From IMG/VR virus record IMGVR_UViG_3300034031_000046, positions 1 to 64,000 of that record: a DNA stretch of 64,000 nucleotides; one strand, given 5' to 3'. The DNA is from a virus. The position numbers and the translations under genes were made by a program. This document shows, piece after piece, positions 45,730 through 54,357 of the stretch. Position 1 is the stretch's first letter; every line of letters begins with the position of its first letter. The notes under the pieces are model-generated. The model saw only the letters and a program-made list of their open reading frames with translations, did no database searches and had not been told where the DNA came from.

Positions 45730-46877
45730 GACAATTGTTCTCCTTGGGTGTGCTCGATAAACCCGTCGATGAATTCGTTCGTCAGAATCTGAAAGTCCGA
45801 TTCGAGCAGGTTCACGCCATTGCCCTCTTTCAGGGACTCGGCAACGAGCTCGTCCAGATGCTGCCGAATCAAGGCCGCCAGTTTTGGACTGGGAGTGCGG
45901 TCCTTACCGATGGCATAAATTTCGGGTGATGCCTGCATCTTCTGATAAAGTGCCACCTTTTTTCGATAAATGCTTTCGGTCGTTTCCGCCCAGAGGCAGA
46001 ACTGTCCGATGTAATAATTGGCGTAGCCCAGAAACGGCTCGGTCCGCCGTTCGTGCTCCTCCTTTTCGCTGATTTTTTCGAGATAGATCATCACGGTAGC
46101 GATGCCCGTTCCGCTTTCCTTGAACGCGCCGGCTTCGATTTCTGAATACTCCCCAAACGTGAGCACGAACTTGAGGAAGTCTTTTTCGCGTTGGCCCGTG
46201 TTGCGAAGAAATCCGGGAGGTGCAATGGCGACCATGACACCGTGTGGACGAAGCAACTCATAGGCGCGCTCGATGTGCGTGATGTATGCAAGACGGTCAC
46301 CCTGCACCGAAAAAGGCGGGTTAATCAAAATCCGGTCGTAGGTATTGGGTGGCCCATCAAAGCTCAGAAAGTCGTCACCTGCGAGCGCGTAGCCTTTGCG
46401 CTCCAGCACCATGCGATTCAGTTCATCGATCTCGCAGATGTCGATTTGCTCCGGGCGAATTCCGGCTTCCACAAGGGCATCGACAATCGCTCCCTGACCG
46501 GCGGAGAATTCACCGAATCGTGCATCTTCGGGAACATAGTTCATAAATGCCAGTTCGACCATGCGGTCCACAACAGGGCGCTGCGTCGGAAAATAGGCCA
46601 GTGGATTCTTGGGAGGCATCTTGCCCGTTTCCTGCACAGCAGCCAGAAGCGGACGGGGGTCGAATGAAAAGAGATGCGCCTTTTTGCTGCCCTTCCATTT
46701 GCCGCCGATGCGCTCCAAGACCGCGTTCACCGCTTCATATTCTTTCCGGTCAAGTTCACCGCACAGCAGCTTCACCGAGTCCGGCGTGCATTCCACCTGA
46801 TGCCGCAGAATCTCCAGCACCGTGGGTAATACGGGTTCGCTCGCCATCGCAACATCGAATCGATTTACAGTTTTCAT
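45726..46877 (-). CDS. DNA methyltransferase (N6A/N4C class, NPPF motif)
   Basis: FGEFSAGQGAIVD (motif I) and ILINPPFS (motif IV). AGGAGA RBS. Confidence 0.75.
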   Translation of the reverse strand: MKTVNRFDVAMASEPVLPTVLEILRHQVECTPDSVKLLCGELDRKEYEAVNAVLERIGGKWKGSKKAHLFSFDPRPLLAAVQETGKMPPKNPLAYFPTQRPVVDRMVELAFMNYVPEDARFGEFSAGQGAIVDALVEAGIRPEQIDICEIDELNRMVLERKGYALAGDDFLSFDGPPNTYDRILINPPFSVQGDRLAYITHIERAYELLRPHGVMVAIAPPGFLRNTGQREKDFLKFVLTFGEYSEIEAGAFKESGTGIATVMIYLEKISEKEEHERRTEPFLGYANYYIGQFCLWAETTESIYRKKVALYQKMQASPEIYAIGKDRTPSPKLAALIRQHLDELVAESLKEGNGVNLLESDFQILTNEFIDGFIEHTQGEQLS

Positions 46878-46943
46878 AAGTGTCTCCTAGGTAGAGGGTT
46901 GGGCGGGACGCAATAGCCAGGGCTACTCCCCCGCTTCATCAGA

Positions 46944-46967
46944 ACGTAGGTAAAAGGGCATTTTGAC
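46944..46967 (-). promoter_or_regulatory. leftward promoter-like element A (GTCAAAATGCCC-N6-CTACGT on minus strand)
   Basis: Upstream of the methyltransferase operon (ATG 46877). The most divergent copy. Confidence 0.5.
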
Positions 46968-46984
46968 GGTGAGCGTTGCGGTTC

Positions 46985-47485
46985 TTAGGAGGACCGGAGA
47001 GGGATGACCTTTGCGGGAATAACAGCGCGCCCGATTTCAATAGATGCTCCGGCGCCCAGACGTTTCATGCGGTCGAACCAGTTTCCCAGTGTGGCCGCCT
47101 GCTCTTCGCTGAGGGCGTCGCAACAGACTTCTTCGGGCCGTCCCTGTGCGGAGAGGAGAACGCCTTCCAGTACGCGGATATGAGCCGCTGCGGGCTCGGC
47201 ATCGCGCGCCTCTCGCATCTCGGTAATCAAGTCCGTGAGTTGTTCGGTGCGGGTAGGGAGGCGAATCCCCGCGCGCCGGTCGAGCTCGTCGTCGTCGGCA
47301 AGTGTCACTGGAAAATCGATGGCGCCCGAGGGCGGCAAGAGTTCGCCCACAGATTCGCTATCGAAATCGCGCACGATCACAATGACGTTGGGGTTGTTGC
47401 TCAGAATGTCGGTTACGCTGCCGCCGCGCACTTCGACAATGATTCGCTGAACGGCTGGGGTTGCTTCCACAGATGTCGTATTCAC
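46985..47485 (-). CDS. hypothetical acidic protein (candidate anti-sigma partner, speculative)
   Basis: GTG start 6 nt after AAGGAG, 27 nt downstream of the sigma gene stop. Confidence 0.5.
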   Translation of the reverse strand: MNTTSVEATPAVQRIIVEVRGGSVTDILSNNPNVIVIVRDFDSESVGELLPPSGAIDFPVTLADDDELDRRAGIRLPTRTEQLTDLITEMREARDAEPAAAHIRVLEGVLLSAQGRPEEVCCDALSEEQAATLGNWFDRMKRLGAGASIEIGRAVIPAKVIPLRSS

Positions 47486-47512
47486 AGGAGTCTCCTTAAT
47501 CAATTCGGGTTG

Positions 47513-48082
47513 TTATTGGTTCATCAGACTTTTCATCGACGGTCCCATTCGCTTCGCCATCTCGGCACGGCCACGGCACAAACGGGACTTGACGGTGCCG
47601 ACGGGATAGCCGACACGGACGGAGATTTCTTTCACGTCCATACCCTGCACATGGTGCATCACGATGACTTCACGCTGCCAGTCGGGCAGACATTTGAGAG
47701 CATCATGGACGAGGAGGCGCAGACACTGGTGGTACTCATCGTTCTCCAGATCGTGGTGCACAGGCGGCGCGCTGTCTTCGACTTCGAGCACGGTCCCGTC
47801 GATGTCGGAACTATCGAGAGACAGCAGAATAATCGGTGCCGCTGGGTTACGTCCCCGCGTCTTGCGCAGGTAATCAATGACGATGTTGGATGCTGTCGTA
47901 TAAAGGTAGGACGCGACCGCGCGGTCACTCAGACTTTCCATCTCGTCTATCTTCTGCGAAAAGCGGATGAACGTTTCCTGCGTCACGTCTTCGGCATGGT
48001 CGGAATTACAGCCCATCTTTGTGACGTGAGTCAGGATGCGGCCATAAAATCGCTGGTGAATATCGGGGAATAGGGGGGACAT
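47513..48082 (-). CDS. ECF-type sigma-70 family RNA polymerase sigma factor
   Basis: Region 2 (AEDVTQETFIRF..YLYTTASNIVIDYLRK) and region 4 (LPDWQREVIVMHHVQGMDVKEISVRVGYPVGTVKSRLCRGR). AAGGATTATTT-ATG start. Confidence 0.85.
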   Translation of the reverse strand: MSPLFPDIHQRFYGRILTHVTKMGCNSDHAEDVTQETFIRFSQKIDEMESLSDRAVASYLYTTASNIVIDYLRKTRGRNPAAPIILLSLDSSDIDGTVLEVEDSAPPVHHDLENDEYHQCLRLLVHDALKCLPDWQREVIVMHHVQGMDVKEISVRVGYPVGTVKSRLCRGRAEMAKRMGPSMKSLMNQ

Positions 48083-48111
48083 AAATAATCCTTGGGCCTG
48101 AGCCGGTTTTT

Positions 48112-48127
48112 GTGCACTGCGGTGCAC
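48112..48127. promoter_or_regulatory. GTGCACTGCGGTGCAC 16-mer
   Basis: Exact copy between the minus-strand terminator at 48137-48162 and the sigma-factor start at 48082. Confidence 0.75.
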
Positions 48128-48136
48128 AACACAGGT

Positions 48137-48162
48137 AAAAATTAAAGCACCGCAACCGGTGC
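48137..48162 (-). terminator. rho-independent terminator (minus strand)
   Basis: GCACCG/CGGTGC stem, then TTTAATTTTT on the minus strand, after the stop of gene 48170-49153. Confidence 0.55.
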
Positions 48163-48169
48163 GGCTGAA

Positions 48170-49153
48170 CTACGCGATGCTCACTTGATTGGCGAGCCAA
48201 GTTTGCACCCAGCCCGCCGCAATGATGTCATGTTCATCCGTGCTGCCAGGTTCCAAGGTATAGAGCCAGATCATCGCGGCTTCCATCTCCTTAGTGATTT
48301 TATCTTCGGGAATGGTGCCCTCATAACCGTCGTCAGGGTTGTGAAGCACGACAGACTTTTCACCAGTTGCATTCAGAAGTTCAAGCCAGAACGCGCTGTA
48401 CTCTTCATAGGCTTTGTAATCGTGGGCGCGCAGACTCTTTTCTAGACGCCTCGCCGTATCGATGCCAACGAATTCGAGCAGGGCTGCAAAAGATTTTGTG
48501 TAGTGCTCTTCCCTGCCTATGTCCTCGGCCCATTGCCCGCATCCGGCATACCAGTCGAATTGGTCGCACCATCGAATGTGCCTGCACAAATCACAATCTT
48601 CGCGCAACGTGTTGTCATTGCACACGCTGCAATAAATCGTTTCGCCTTCTTGGATATTCCACGAGTCACCAAACGGGTTTGTATTCTCCTCGCCGTGAAG
48701 CGGAAGCGGCGCATCAAGCAAACGATAGTTAAGTGCCGCGATTTCTTCGTCGGAAAGCGGTTCTGGTTCTTTGTCTTTGGAATAGCCGCCCCTGTAGCCA
48801 ACAGGCGTAATCTTCGACCGGTCGAGCCAGAGCGGGGTCGGTTCGTCCCCAGTTATCCGGTCGATTCGTACTGTCGCATCGCCACCACCGCCGCTGTTAT
48901 GGAAGTAGCTCACTTCCTGCGCCTTGCTGTAAGCGAAATCCCAGTGGTTTGGACTCAAGCCGGTGCGGCCTTCGTGGTTATATTCTTCCATCGTCGTGAC
49001 TCCCCACGGTGCCCAGACACCGGGCTTCACTTCCTCGTAATGAATCGCGACAACGTGATGTGTTTCGGTGGGCCGATAGCCACCATAACCGGGAACGAGA
49101 TAAATCATAAAACTCCCAAGAGTGAGGTCGAAACGACCGTACTCCAAATTCAT
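48170..49153 (-). CDS. hypothetical protein
   Basis: 327 aa, tightly coupled to the ParB-like gene. Cys cluster CSVC..CDLC. Confidence 0.6.
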   Translation of the reverse strand: MNLEYGRFDLTLGSFMIYLVPGYGGYRPTETHHVVAIHYEEVKPGVWAPWGVTTMEEYNHEGRTGLSPNHWDFAYSKAQEVSYFHNSGGGGDATVRIDRITGDEPTPLWLDRSKITPVGYRGGYSKDKEPEPLSDEEIAALNYRLLDAPLPLHGEENTNPFGDSWNIQEGETIYCSVCNDNTLREDCDLCRHIRWCDQFDWYAGCGQWAEDIGREEHYTKSFAALLEFVGIDTARRLEKSLRAHDYKAYEEYSAFWLELLNATGEKSVVLHNPDDGYEGTIPEDKITKEMEAAMIWLYTLEPGSTDEHDIIAAGWVQTWLANQVSIA

Positions 49154-49154
49154 T

Positions 49155-50141
49155 TCAGGCCGCTTTCCGCAGTGGCTTTACCGACGGGTTGCCTTTCTTC
49201 GCGCGCCGGAATATCTGTTTGCGTGTCCTCTCCGTCGTCAGGTCCTTACGAACACGGGCCAAGTGTTTCTCCAGCAATTCGATTTCGAGAATCGTGCGGT
49301 CGAGGTCATTGCGGCTGAACGCCGACACCACGAGTTGGCAGCGTTTTGCGTCCCAGGTGTCGGAGCAGAGCTTCGTGATTTTAGCGAGCTTCTCTTCAAG
49401 CGTCTGGCGTGCTCGTGCCGCTCGCTTGGCCTGATAGGGTGTGAGCGCGGCAAGCGCAAAAAACGATTGTTGCTGCGTCATGGCCGCTTGTTGACGAATG
49501 GCACTCACGGCAGATCGAAGTGATGTCCCCTTTTGATAGGCCTTAAAAATCGTGTACTGCGCGTGACGCGGAACCGGCATCAGCCGGGACGCTGTCACGA
49601 TCTGATATGCCTGCCCGATGGAGATCTGCCCGCTATCAGGCTCTGGCGCGTTTTGCACCATGCCGCGCAGCATCGGGTGAAGTTCGAGCAGTGCCAGCCG
49701 GTAATCCACATAATCTTTTGTCTTGCCGATAACGGAGGCAATCGTTTCCGTGGTCCAGTCCAAGTTCTCCTTCAACATCTTCCGGTAGGCTTCCGCTTCT
49801 TCCATCGGCTGCGGGTCGTCGCGTTGCACATTTTCAATGACGCCCATCGTAAAGCACTTGCGCTTGGTCGCCTTGGTGATGGAAACCGGAAGCAGCTTGA
49901 GGCCCGCGATAAGGGCCGCGCGGTAGCGGCGTTCCCCGGCAATCAGCAGGTAGCGTCCGGTTGCTGGATTGTAGGAAAGTTTGAGCGGCTGCAAGATTCC
50001 AAACTCTTGGAACGATGCCGCGAGTTGCTGCAGATTACGAAAGCGCTTGCGGTGCTGGTCGATGTCGGGGTCAATCAGTTCTATGGGTAAATGCGGTTGT
50101 CCATCGATTAAGACAACGTGTGGATAAGAAATCGAATTCAC
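49155..50141 (-). CDS. ParB/Srx-family (ParB-like nuclease domain) protein
   Basis: FGILQPLKL..LLIAGERRYRAA..IENVQRDD matches ParB N-terminal boxes. GTG start with AAAGGAG upstream. Confidence 0.85.
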   Translation of the reverse strand: MNSISYPHVVLIDGQPHLPIELIDPDIDQHRKRFRNLQQLAASFQEFGILQPLKLSYNPATGRYLLIAGERRYRAALIAGLKLLPVSITKATKRKCFTMGVIENVQRDDPQPMEEAEAYRKMLKENLDWTTETIASVIGKTKDYVDYRLALLELHPMLRGMVQNAPEPDSGQISIGQAYQIVTASRLMPVPRHAQYTIFKAYQKGTSLRSAVSAIRQQAAMTQQQSFFALAALTPYQAKRAARARQTLEEKLAKITKLCSDTWDAKRCQLVVSAFSRNDLDRTILEIELLEKHLARVRKDLTTERTRKQIFRRAKKGNPSVKPLRKAA

Positions 50142-50172
50142 GTCGGGCTCCTTTCAAATTGGTTTCTTCACC

Positions 50173-50201
50173 GGTACGTAGATCGATGGGCATTTTGACA
50201 A
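50173..50201 (-). promoter_or_regulatory. leftward promoter-like element B (TTGTCAAAATGCCC-N6-CTACGTACC)
   Basis: 31 nt upstream of the ParB-like gene start. Confidence 0.6.
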
Positions 50202-50223
50202 GCGCGACACAGGTGAACGAAAA

Positions 50224-50234
50224 AGTACGGTCAA
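50224..50234 (-). repeat. near-match half-site (AGTACGGTCAA)
   Basis: One mismatch. Intergenic, next to promoter element B. Confidence 0.5.
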
Positions 50235-50272
50235 CAAACTGTCTGCACTGACCGTAGTTTTTCGCGCTGGAT

Positions 50273-50491
50273 TTAGAGAAGAGCTTTCAGACTGATTCGG
50301 CTGGATTCCAAGATGATGGCCGGCTGCTCGGCTACGATTTGAATGGTTGCAAATGCGTGACAAACTTCTATCGGTGTCATTTGTGCGGCCTTGACGCTGA
50401 CCATCGCTTTATCCGCAATGCCATGGATCACGAGTAATCGCTCTTCCGAGCTCCATGCGTCGCTGATGTTGTCAAATTCTTCAGGGGGCAT
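50273..50491 (-). CDS. hypothetical small protein
   Basis: 72 aa. AAGGAGA 4 nt upstream of the ATG. Confidence 0.55.
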   Translation of the reverse strand: MPPEEFDNISDAWSSEERLLVIHGIADKAMVSVKAAQMTPIEVCHAFATIQIVAEQPAIILESSRISLKALL

Positions 50492-50557
50492 CGTATCTCC
50501 TTTTGTTCGTCTTTATTGTGACAGAGTCCGGTCGAATCCGACCGCCCTTCGCTGTCC

Positions 50558-51685
50558 TCACGCCGCACGAAGCAACTTGCGCTTTTCCTTCTGGTCCTTC
50601 GCTTCCTCTTTCTGGGCGTTCTGTGCCATGAGCCCGCGATATCGCTCGCGTAATTCCTCCGGCTCCGTATAGTCAATCTCCAAGCCGACTGCCGCTGCGA
50701 CACGCTTGCGCACCGTGCAGAGCAGCTTTGCTTCGGCTACCGTAGGAACACAGGTCGGCCAGCCCTTGGTATAGAGCAGGTGCGATGGAATCAATGATTC
50801 GGCATCCTCGCGCTCTTTGGCTTTTTCCTTGGCTCTATCGAGGCGGATGCTAAGTTCAGTGCTCAGCAGCATCGGAGAAACGTCACCAAGCCAGGTATTC
50901 TCCTGAAAACTGAATGTCGATCGCGCCTCCAGTTCGACCATCTCCCGATAGACATCGTGATTGTCGGGACAACTGGCGGACGCCGCCATATCTCCTTTCG
51001 AGGACATGATGCAGAAGGAACACGAAACGCGCGAGGTGCCGTAAATAACATATGCCTCGTGCAGTGGAAAAGACTTTTCTTCCAGATAGCTGAAAATGTC
51101 ATCTTTGAGCCAGCCTGCAATCGGGTGCCAGTCAAGGCCGCGCGTGCCGTGCGTTATGCTGGTGAGCTTGCTTTGCTCTTTGGCCGTTGGTGCTTTGGAG
51201 CGACCGGTACTTTCATCGCGCCGAATGCCTGAAACGGAAAGAATGGTCTGGCCGGGGAACCGTCGAATCAGTTCACGACAAATCACCGCCGTCTTGAGTT
51301 CACTGGTGCAGAACCGCATCGAGGGCGTGCTCCATGGCAGGATGAGCTTGACGCATTCCAGCGCCGCATACCGTGCGACGTTATTATCCCAGCGCACCAG
51401 AAAGCGATCCATCATATCGCCAGCAGCGCGCCGTACAACAATCAGTTCCAGCCCGAGCGCTGTCGCAAGACGTTCGCACGTTGGCAGCGAGTCGCGCCAT
51501 TCGATTCGTCCAAGGTCGCTGTGAACAAGAACGCGCGGGCCGCGATGCCCGACGCTGTCCAGATAGTCATTGGTCGCAAACGCCGCAGCACAACTGTCCT
51601 TCCCGCCGGAAACGCCGATGCAGACTGGTGCTCCCTCATGGAGCAAAGTTTCAATTTCGGGCGTCGATTCGATAGGTAAATTCAT
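50558..51685 (-). CDS. DndC-like / PAPS-reductase-family PP-loop ATPase
   Basis: IGVSGGKDS PP-loop, RFCTSELK, SGIRRDES and a C-terminal SCSFC. ATG with GAGGT upstream preferred over the TTG at 51727. Confidence 0.75.
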   Translation of the reverse strand: MNLPIESTPEIETLLHEGAPVCIGVSGGKDSCAAAFATNDYLDSVGHRGPRVLVHSDLGRIEWRDSLPTCERLATALGLELIVVRRAAGDMMDRFLVRWDNNVARYAALECVKLILPWSTPSMRFCTSELKTAVICRELIRRFPGQTILSVSGIRRDESTGRSKAPTAKEQSKLTSITHGTRGLDWHPIAGWLKDDIFSYLEEKSFPLHEAYVIYGTSRVSCSFCIMSSKGDMAASASCPDNHDVYREMVELEARSTFSFQENTWLGDVSPMLLSTELSIRLDRAKEKAKEREDAESLIPSHLLYTKGWPTCVPTVAEAKLLCTVRKRVAAAVGLEIDYTEPEELRERYRGLMAQNAQKEEAKDQKEKRKLLRAA

Positions 51686-51733
51686 AAGCAACCTCGGGTT
51701 GATTCCCACAGTTTTGAGTACGATCAATGGATT

Positions 51734-51744
51734 TCGACCGTACT
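51734..51744 (+). repeat. TCGACCGTACT half-site
   Basis: Exact 11-mer, upstream of the DndC-like gene. Confidence 0.9.
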
Positions 51745-51791
51745 CTGCACACTTCGCTGTTCCCGCAGTTTTGCGTTGATTTTTCAGACTT

Positions 51792-52154
51792 TTACGCCCA
51801 GCAGCCCAGAGGCTGTTCCAACATCTTCGCGAGAGTTTTTTGCAACTCCTCTTTGTTCTTGTAAGTTGTGGTTTCTTTTTGCTCCCATGTGCAATCGTCG
51901 CCGCTGGGGGTATTGCGGAAATAGCGGCCTACCATCGTCGGCGTAACAACGATGACATGGTCGCCGGGTTCGGTAACGTAGCACGGCGCGACGAAGACGC
52001 GGATGCCGAGGGGCAGACCGGTGTCTGTAAGCGGCGCATTGTCAACCAGTCCCTTCTCGTCGCGATAGCCGAGGCTGAAGCCGCCCGCTTCGAGATAGGC
52101 CGCAATGCGCTCTTCGACCTGTTGCTGTAACGGTGTGAGGTCTTGTCCATTCAC
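51792..52154 (-). CDS. hypothetical protein
   Basis: GTG start with AAAGGA upstream. 120 aa. Confidence 0.5.
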   Translation of the reverse strand: MNGQDLTPLQQQVEERIAAYLEAGGFSLGYRDEKGLVDNAPLTDTGLPLGIRVFVAPCYVTEPGDHVIVVTPTMVGRYFRNTPSGDDCTWEQKETTTYKNKEELQKTLAKMLEQPLGCWA

Positions 52155-52187
52155 GAAAATCCATCCTTTAAACTAAATTTTTTCGAC

Positions 52188-52745
52188 TTAGACGCCGAAC
52201 TTTTCCCTGAAGACAGTGACTTCAGCGGGTGTCAATCCGTATCCGGCGTTGACGCGCTCCATTACCTCTTCAAACGACGGATACACATGCTTTTCGACCC
52301 ACTGGCGATTGCCCTTGGTGTAGGCGTAGCACTGGGAACAAACTCCCGTTTCGCGCACATCCGCTGCTTCGAGAGAGATCGCGTATTTCGTTTGGCAGCA
52401 CGGGCATTGCACCCAGCCATGTTCACGAAAGTCCTGCCACGCTGTATCCCGCGCATGCTGGAGAGCTTCCTTGGTGGGATAAACGGGCCACGCACGAATC
52501 AGCATGAAGCCACTTTCGCGCCGCCAGCGGGGGGCCTGTAGCCCTTCGGCGGCGCGGGTGGCCTGAACGCGTTCATCATCGGACGAGAGCACAAAAAGGG
52601 AATCTGGCTGTGCGGCGCGAATTAGGGCACATCGTTCGCTGCACAGAAAATTGCCCATGCAGGTAAAACCTTCACTGGTTTCGGTCGTGCAGACAACACA
52701 CGGTTCCTTCCGGCAGGCATAGGAGCAGGTTGTGAAATTCAACAT
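52188..52745 (-). CDS. hypothetical Cys-rich protein
   Basis: 185 aa with AAGGA 8 nt upstream. Several CxxC pairs. Confidence 0.55.
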   Translation of the reverse strand: MLNFTTCSYACRKEPCVVCTTETSEGFTCMGNFLCSERCALIRAAQPDSLFVLSSDDERVQATRAAEGLQAPRWRRESGFMLIRAWPVYPTKEALQHARDTAWQDFREHGWVQCPCCQTKYAISLEAADVRETGVCSQCYAYTKGNRQWVEKHVYPSFEEVMERVNAGYGLTPAEVTVFREKFGV

Positions 52746-52782
52746 GAGTGGGTCCTTGGAGTCTGGTCGTATTTTCCGAAAG

Positions 52783-53190
52783 CTAGGCGCGTCGTGCCAC
52801 TCGGGGCCGTCTGGAGACGCGCCGTCGCACGGGCTCGTCTTCGAACCCGAGGCGCAGCCGGTTCTGAGTCAGGCTGATGAACATTTGCATTGGCGGCTTC
52901 GACTTCGCTGCGATGTGAAATTGTTTGACAAGCTCGGGCAGCAGAGGAATGACTTCCTCAGCCGATTCCGAAGCCCCACTGCCAGTACTTGTAGTGTGCA
53001 CCGCAGTGCACCCTTTCGCTCCGCTGTGCAGTGCGAGACGGTCACCCTTCAGCTTGAGGATAAGTGAGGGCTGAGCCGGGTTGCGCTGCACTGAATGATT
53101 CACGACCGCCAGCACTTCGGTTACGGGAAATTTGAGTTTCATAGTTGGTGGTTCCTGCGTGGTTTCTCTTTCACGCCATATTTCGCTCAC
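52783..53190 (-). CDS. hypothetical protein
   Basis: GTGA-coupled start at 53190, or ATG at 53142. Contains the 16-mer palindrome in its coding sequence. Confidence 0.5.
   Translation of the reverse strand: MSEIWRERETTQEPPTMKLKFPVTEVLAVVNHSVQRNPAQPSLILKLKGDRLALHSGAKGCTAVHTTSTGSGASESAEEVIPLLPELVKQFHIAAKSKPPMQMFISLTQNRLRLGFEDEPVRRRVSRRPRVARRA
52996..53011. promoter_or_regulatory. GTGCACCGCAGTGCAC (same 16-mer, opposite strand)
   Basis: Exact reverse-complement copy inside CDS 52783-53190. Confidence 0.65.
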
Positions 53191-53399
53191 AAAACGACTT
53201 CAACGGTGACAACGCCCTGATGCTGTCGGTCGTACTGTTCCTTGAGATAACCGGGGTCGCCGGTTCGCCCGTCGGACTGCGCGTCGTGAGTGAACTCAAT
53301 ATAGCGATCGGGTTCGTTGGTTGTTCCGAAGTCGCGGAGAGAACTCACGGGGCCACGATAGATGGCCCCGTTGCTCATTTTGACAATGACGGTTTTCAT
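53187..53399 (-). CDS. hypothetical small protein
   Basis: AAGGAATTTT-ATG start (MKTVIVK). The longer 53615 ORF was rejected. Confidence 0.5.
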   Translation of the reverse strand: MKTVIVKMSNGAIYRGPVSSLRDFGTTNEPDRYIEFTHDAQSDGRTGDPGYLKEQYDRQHQGVVTVEVVL

Positions 53400-53445
53400 A
53401 AAATTCCTTGAGTGAGATAGGGGTGAGTTGTTATTCGAACGCAGG

Positions 53446-53814
53446 TCAATCGAACGCAGGGCACTCGGGCAGTCGTTCGATTGCGCGCAGCGTGCTCTCG
53501 CGCGCCACCACTTTGCCCGCGATGCGAAGCTCGCAGAACTGTGTGGCCGGATTGTAAATAATGCACTTGTCGGCGTTGCCACGCAGCACAAGGGGAAAGC
53601 AGATCTGCATGACACTTTCCGAAATGCCCCGCAGGGAATAGGACATCGGCACCAGAAACTGCGCGCCGCTGGGAGCGGTGTGGACCCGGCGTCCCTGAGC
53701 CGCCAGAATCCGCACCCCCTTCAATAAACCGTGTCCGATGATGTCGCGCACATCAAACGTTTCTTCTGTCTTCGGACCGGAGTCACAACCGAGCACGCAA
53801 AGATTGTATTTCAT
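53446..53814 (-). CDS. hypothetical protein
   Basis: GAGGGA RBS. 122 aa. Confidence 0.5.
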   Translation of the reverse strand: MKYNLCVLGCDSGPKTEETFDVRDIIGHGLLKGVRILAAQGRRVHTAPSGAQFLVPMSYSLRGISESVMQICFPLVLRGNADKCIIYNPATQFCELRIAGKVVARESTLRAIERLPECPAFD

Positions 53815-53868
53815 GATATTCCCTCGCTTAAAAATTGTTCAACCGGATTGTGGCTCTGCGCTCTGGCT

Positions 53869-54357
53869 TTACCAGACCCCCGCTTGTTTTCGTTCAATCG
53901 TGAAATTGCACTGGTGAATAAACAGCGTGAGCTCGTCGCCGGTGAAGTGCGTAAAACACGTCACATCGCGCATTTGTTCGAGTTGCTCAATGGTGAGTCC
54001 CTTGAGGATCTCATACACCTCGTTCATCACCTCACCGCTCACTGGCGCCGTGCCGATGTGCTCGGAGATCTCGGTTTGCAGCGTTTGAAACAGTTCCTGA
54101 ATCGACGGCGCCAGAACGCCGACTTCGATGGAGGTCGCATCGCGTTTGTGGCGGATCTCGCGTTTCGCACACTCGATATCTTCGTCGGTGTGGTGGCTTT
54201 CGCGAATCAGGCAGAACCAGTAGCCTTCTGAGCCCGAAGGCTCATCCATGAACACCACGCCATTATCGGTGATGTTTTCGAACCTCTTCAATCGGTCGTA
54301 CTCCTCTCGACTGATTTCCCGCACCTGCTTCCCGTCGATTGATATGAACCTAGACAT
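53869..54357 (-). CDS. hypothetical protein
   Basis: Start MSRFISIDGK overlaps the upstream stop. GAGGAGAAGG upstream. Confidence 0.55.
   Translation of the reverse strand: MSRFISIDGKQVREISREEYDRLKRFENITDNGVVFMDEPSGSEGYWFCLIRESHHTDEDIECAKREIRHKRDATSIEVGVLAPSIQELFQTLQTEISEHIGTAPVSGEVMNEVYEILKGLTIEQLEQMRDVTCFTHFTGDELTLFIHQCNFTIERKQAGVW

Noticed and set aside
4047-51744. TCGACCGTACT considered as the -10 (CGTA) of ECF-type promoters.
   Set aside because: No common -35-like sequence appears 16-17 nt upstream among the copies. The motif occurs in both orientations relative to the downstream genes and as palindromic pairs, which fits a protein-binding half-site better.
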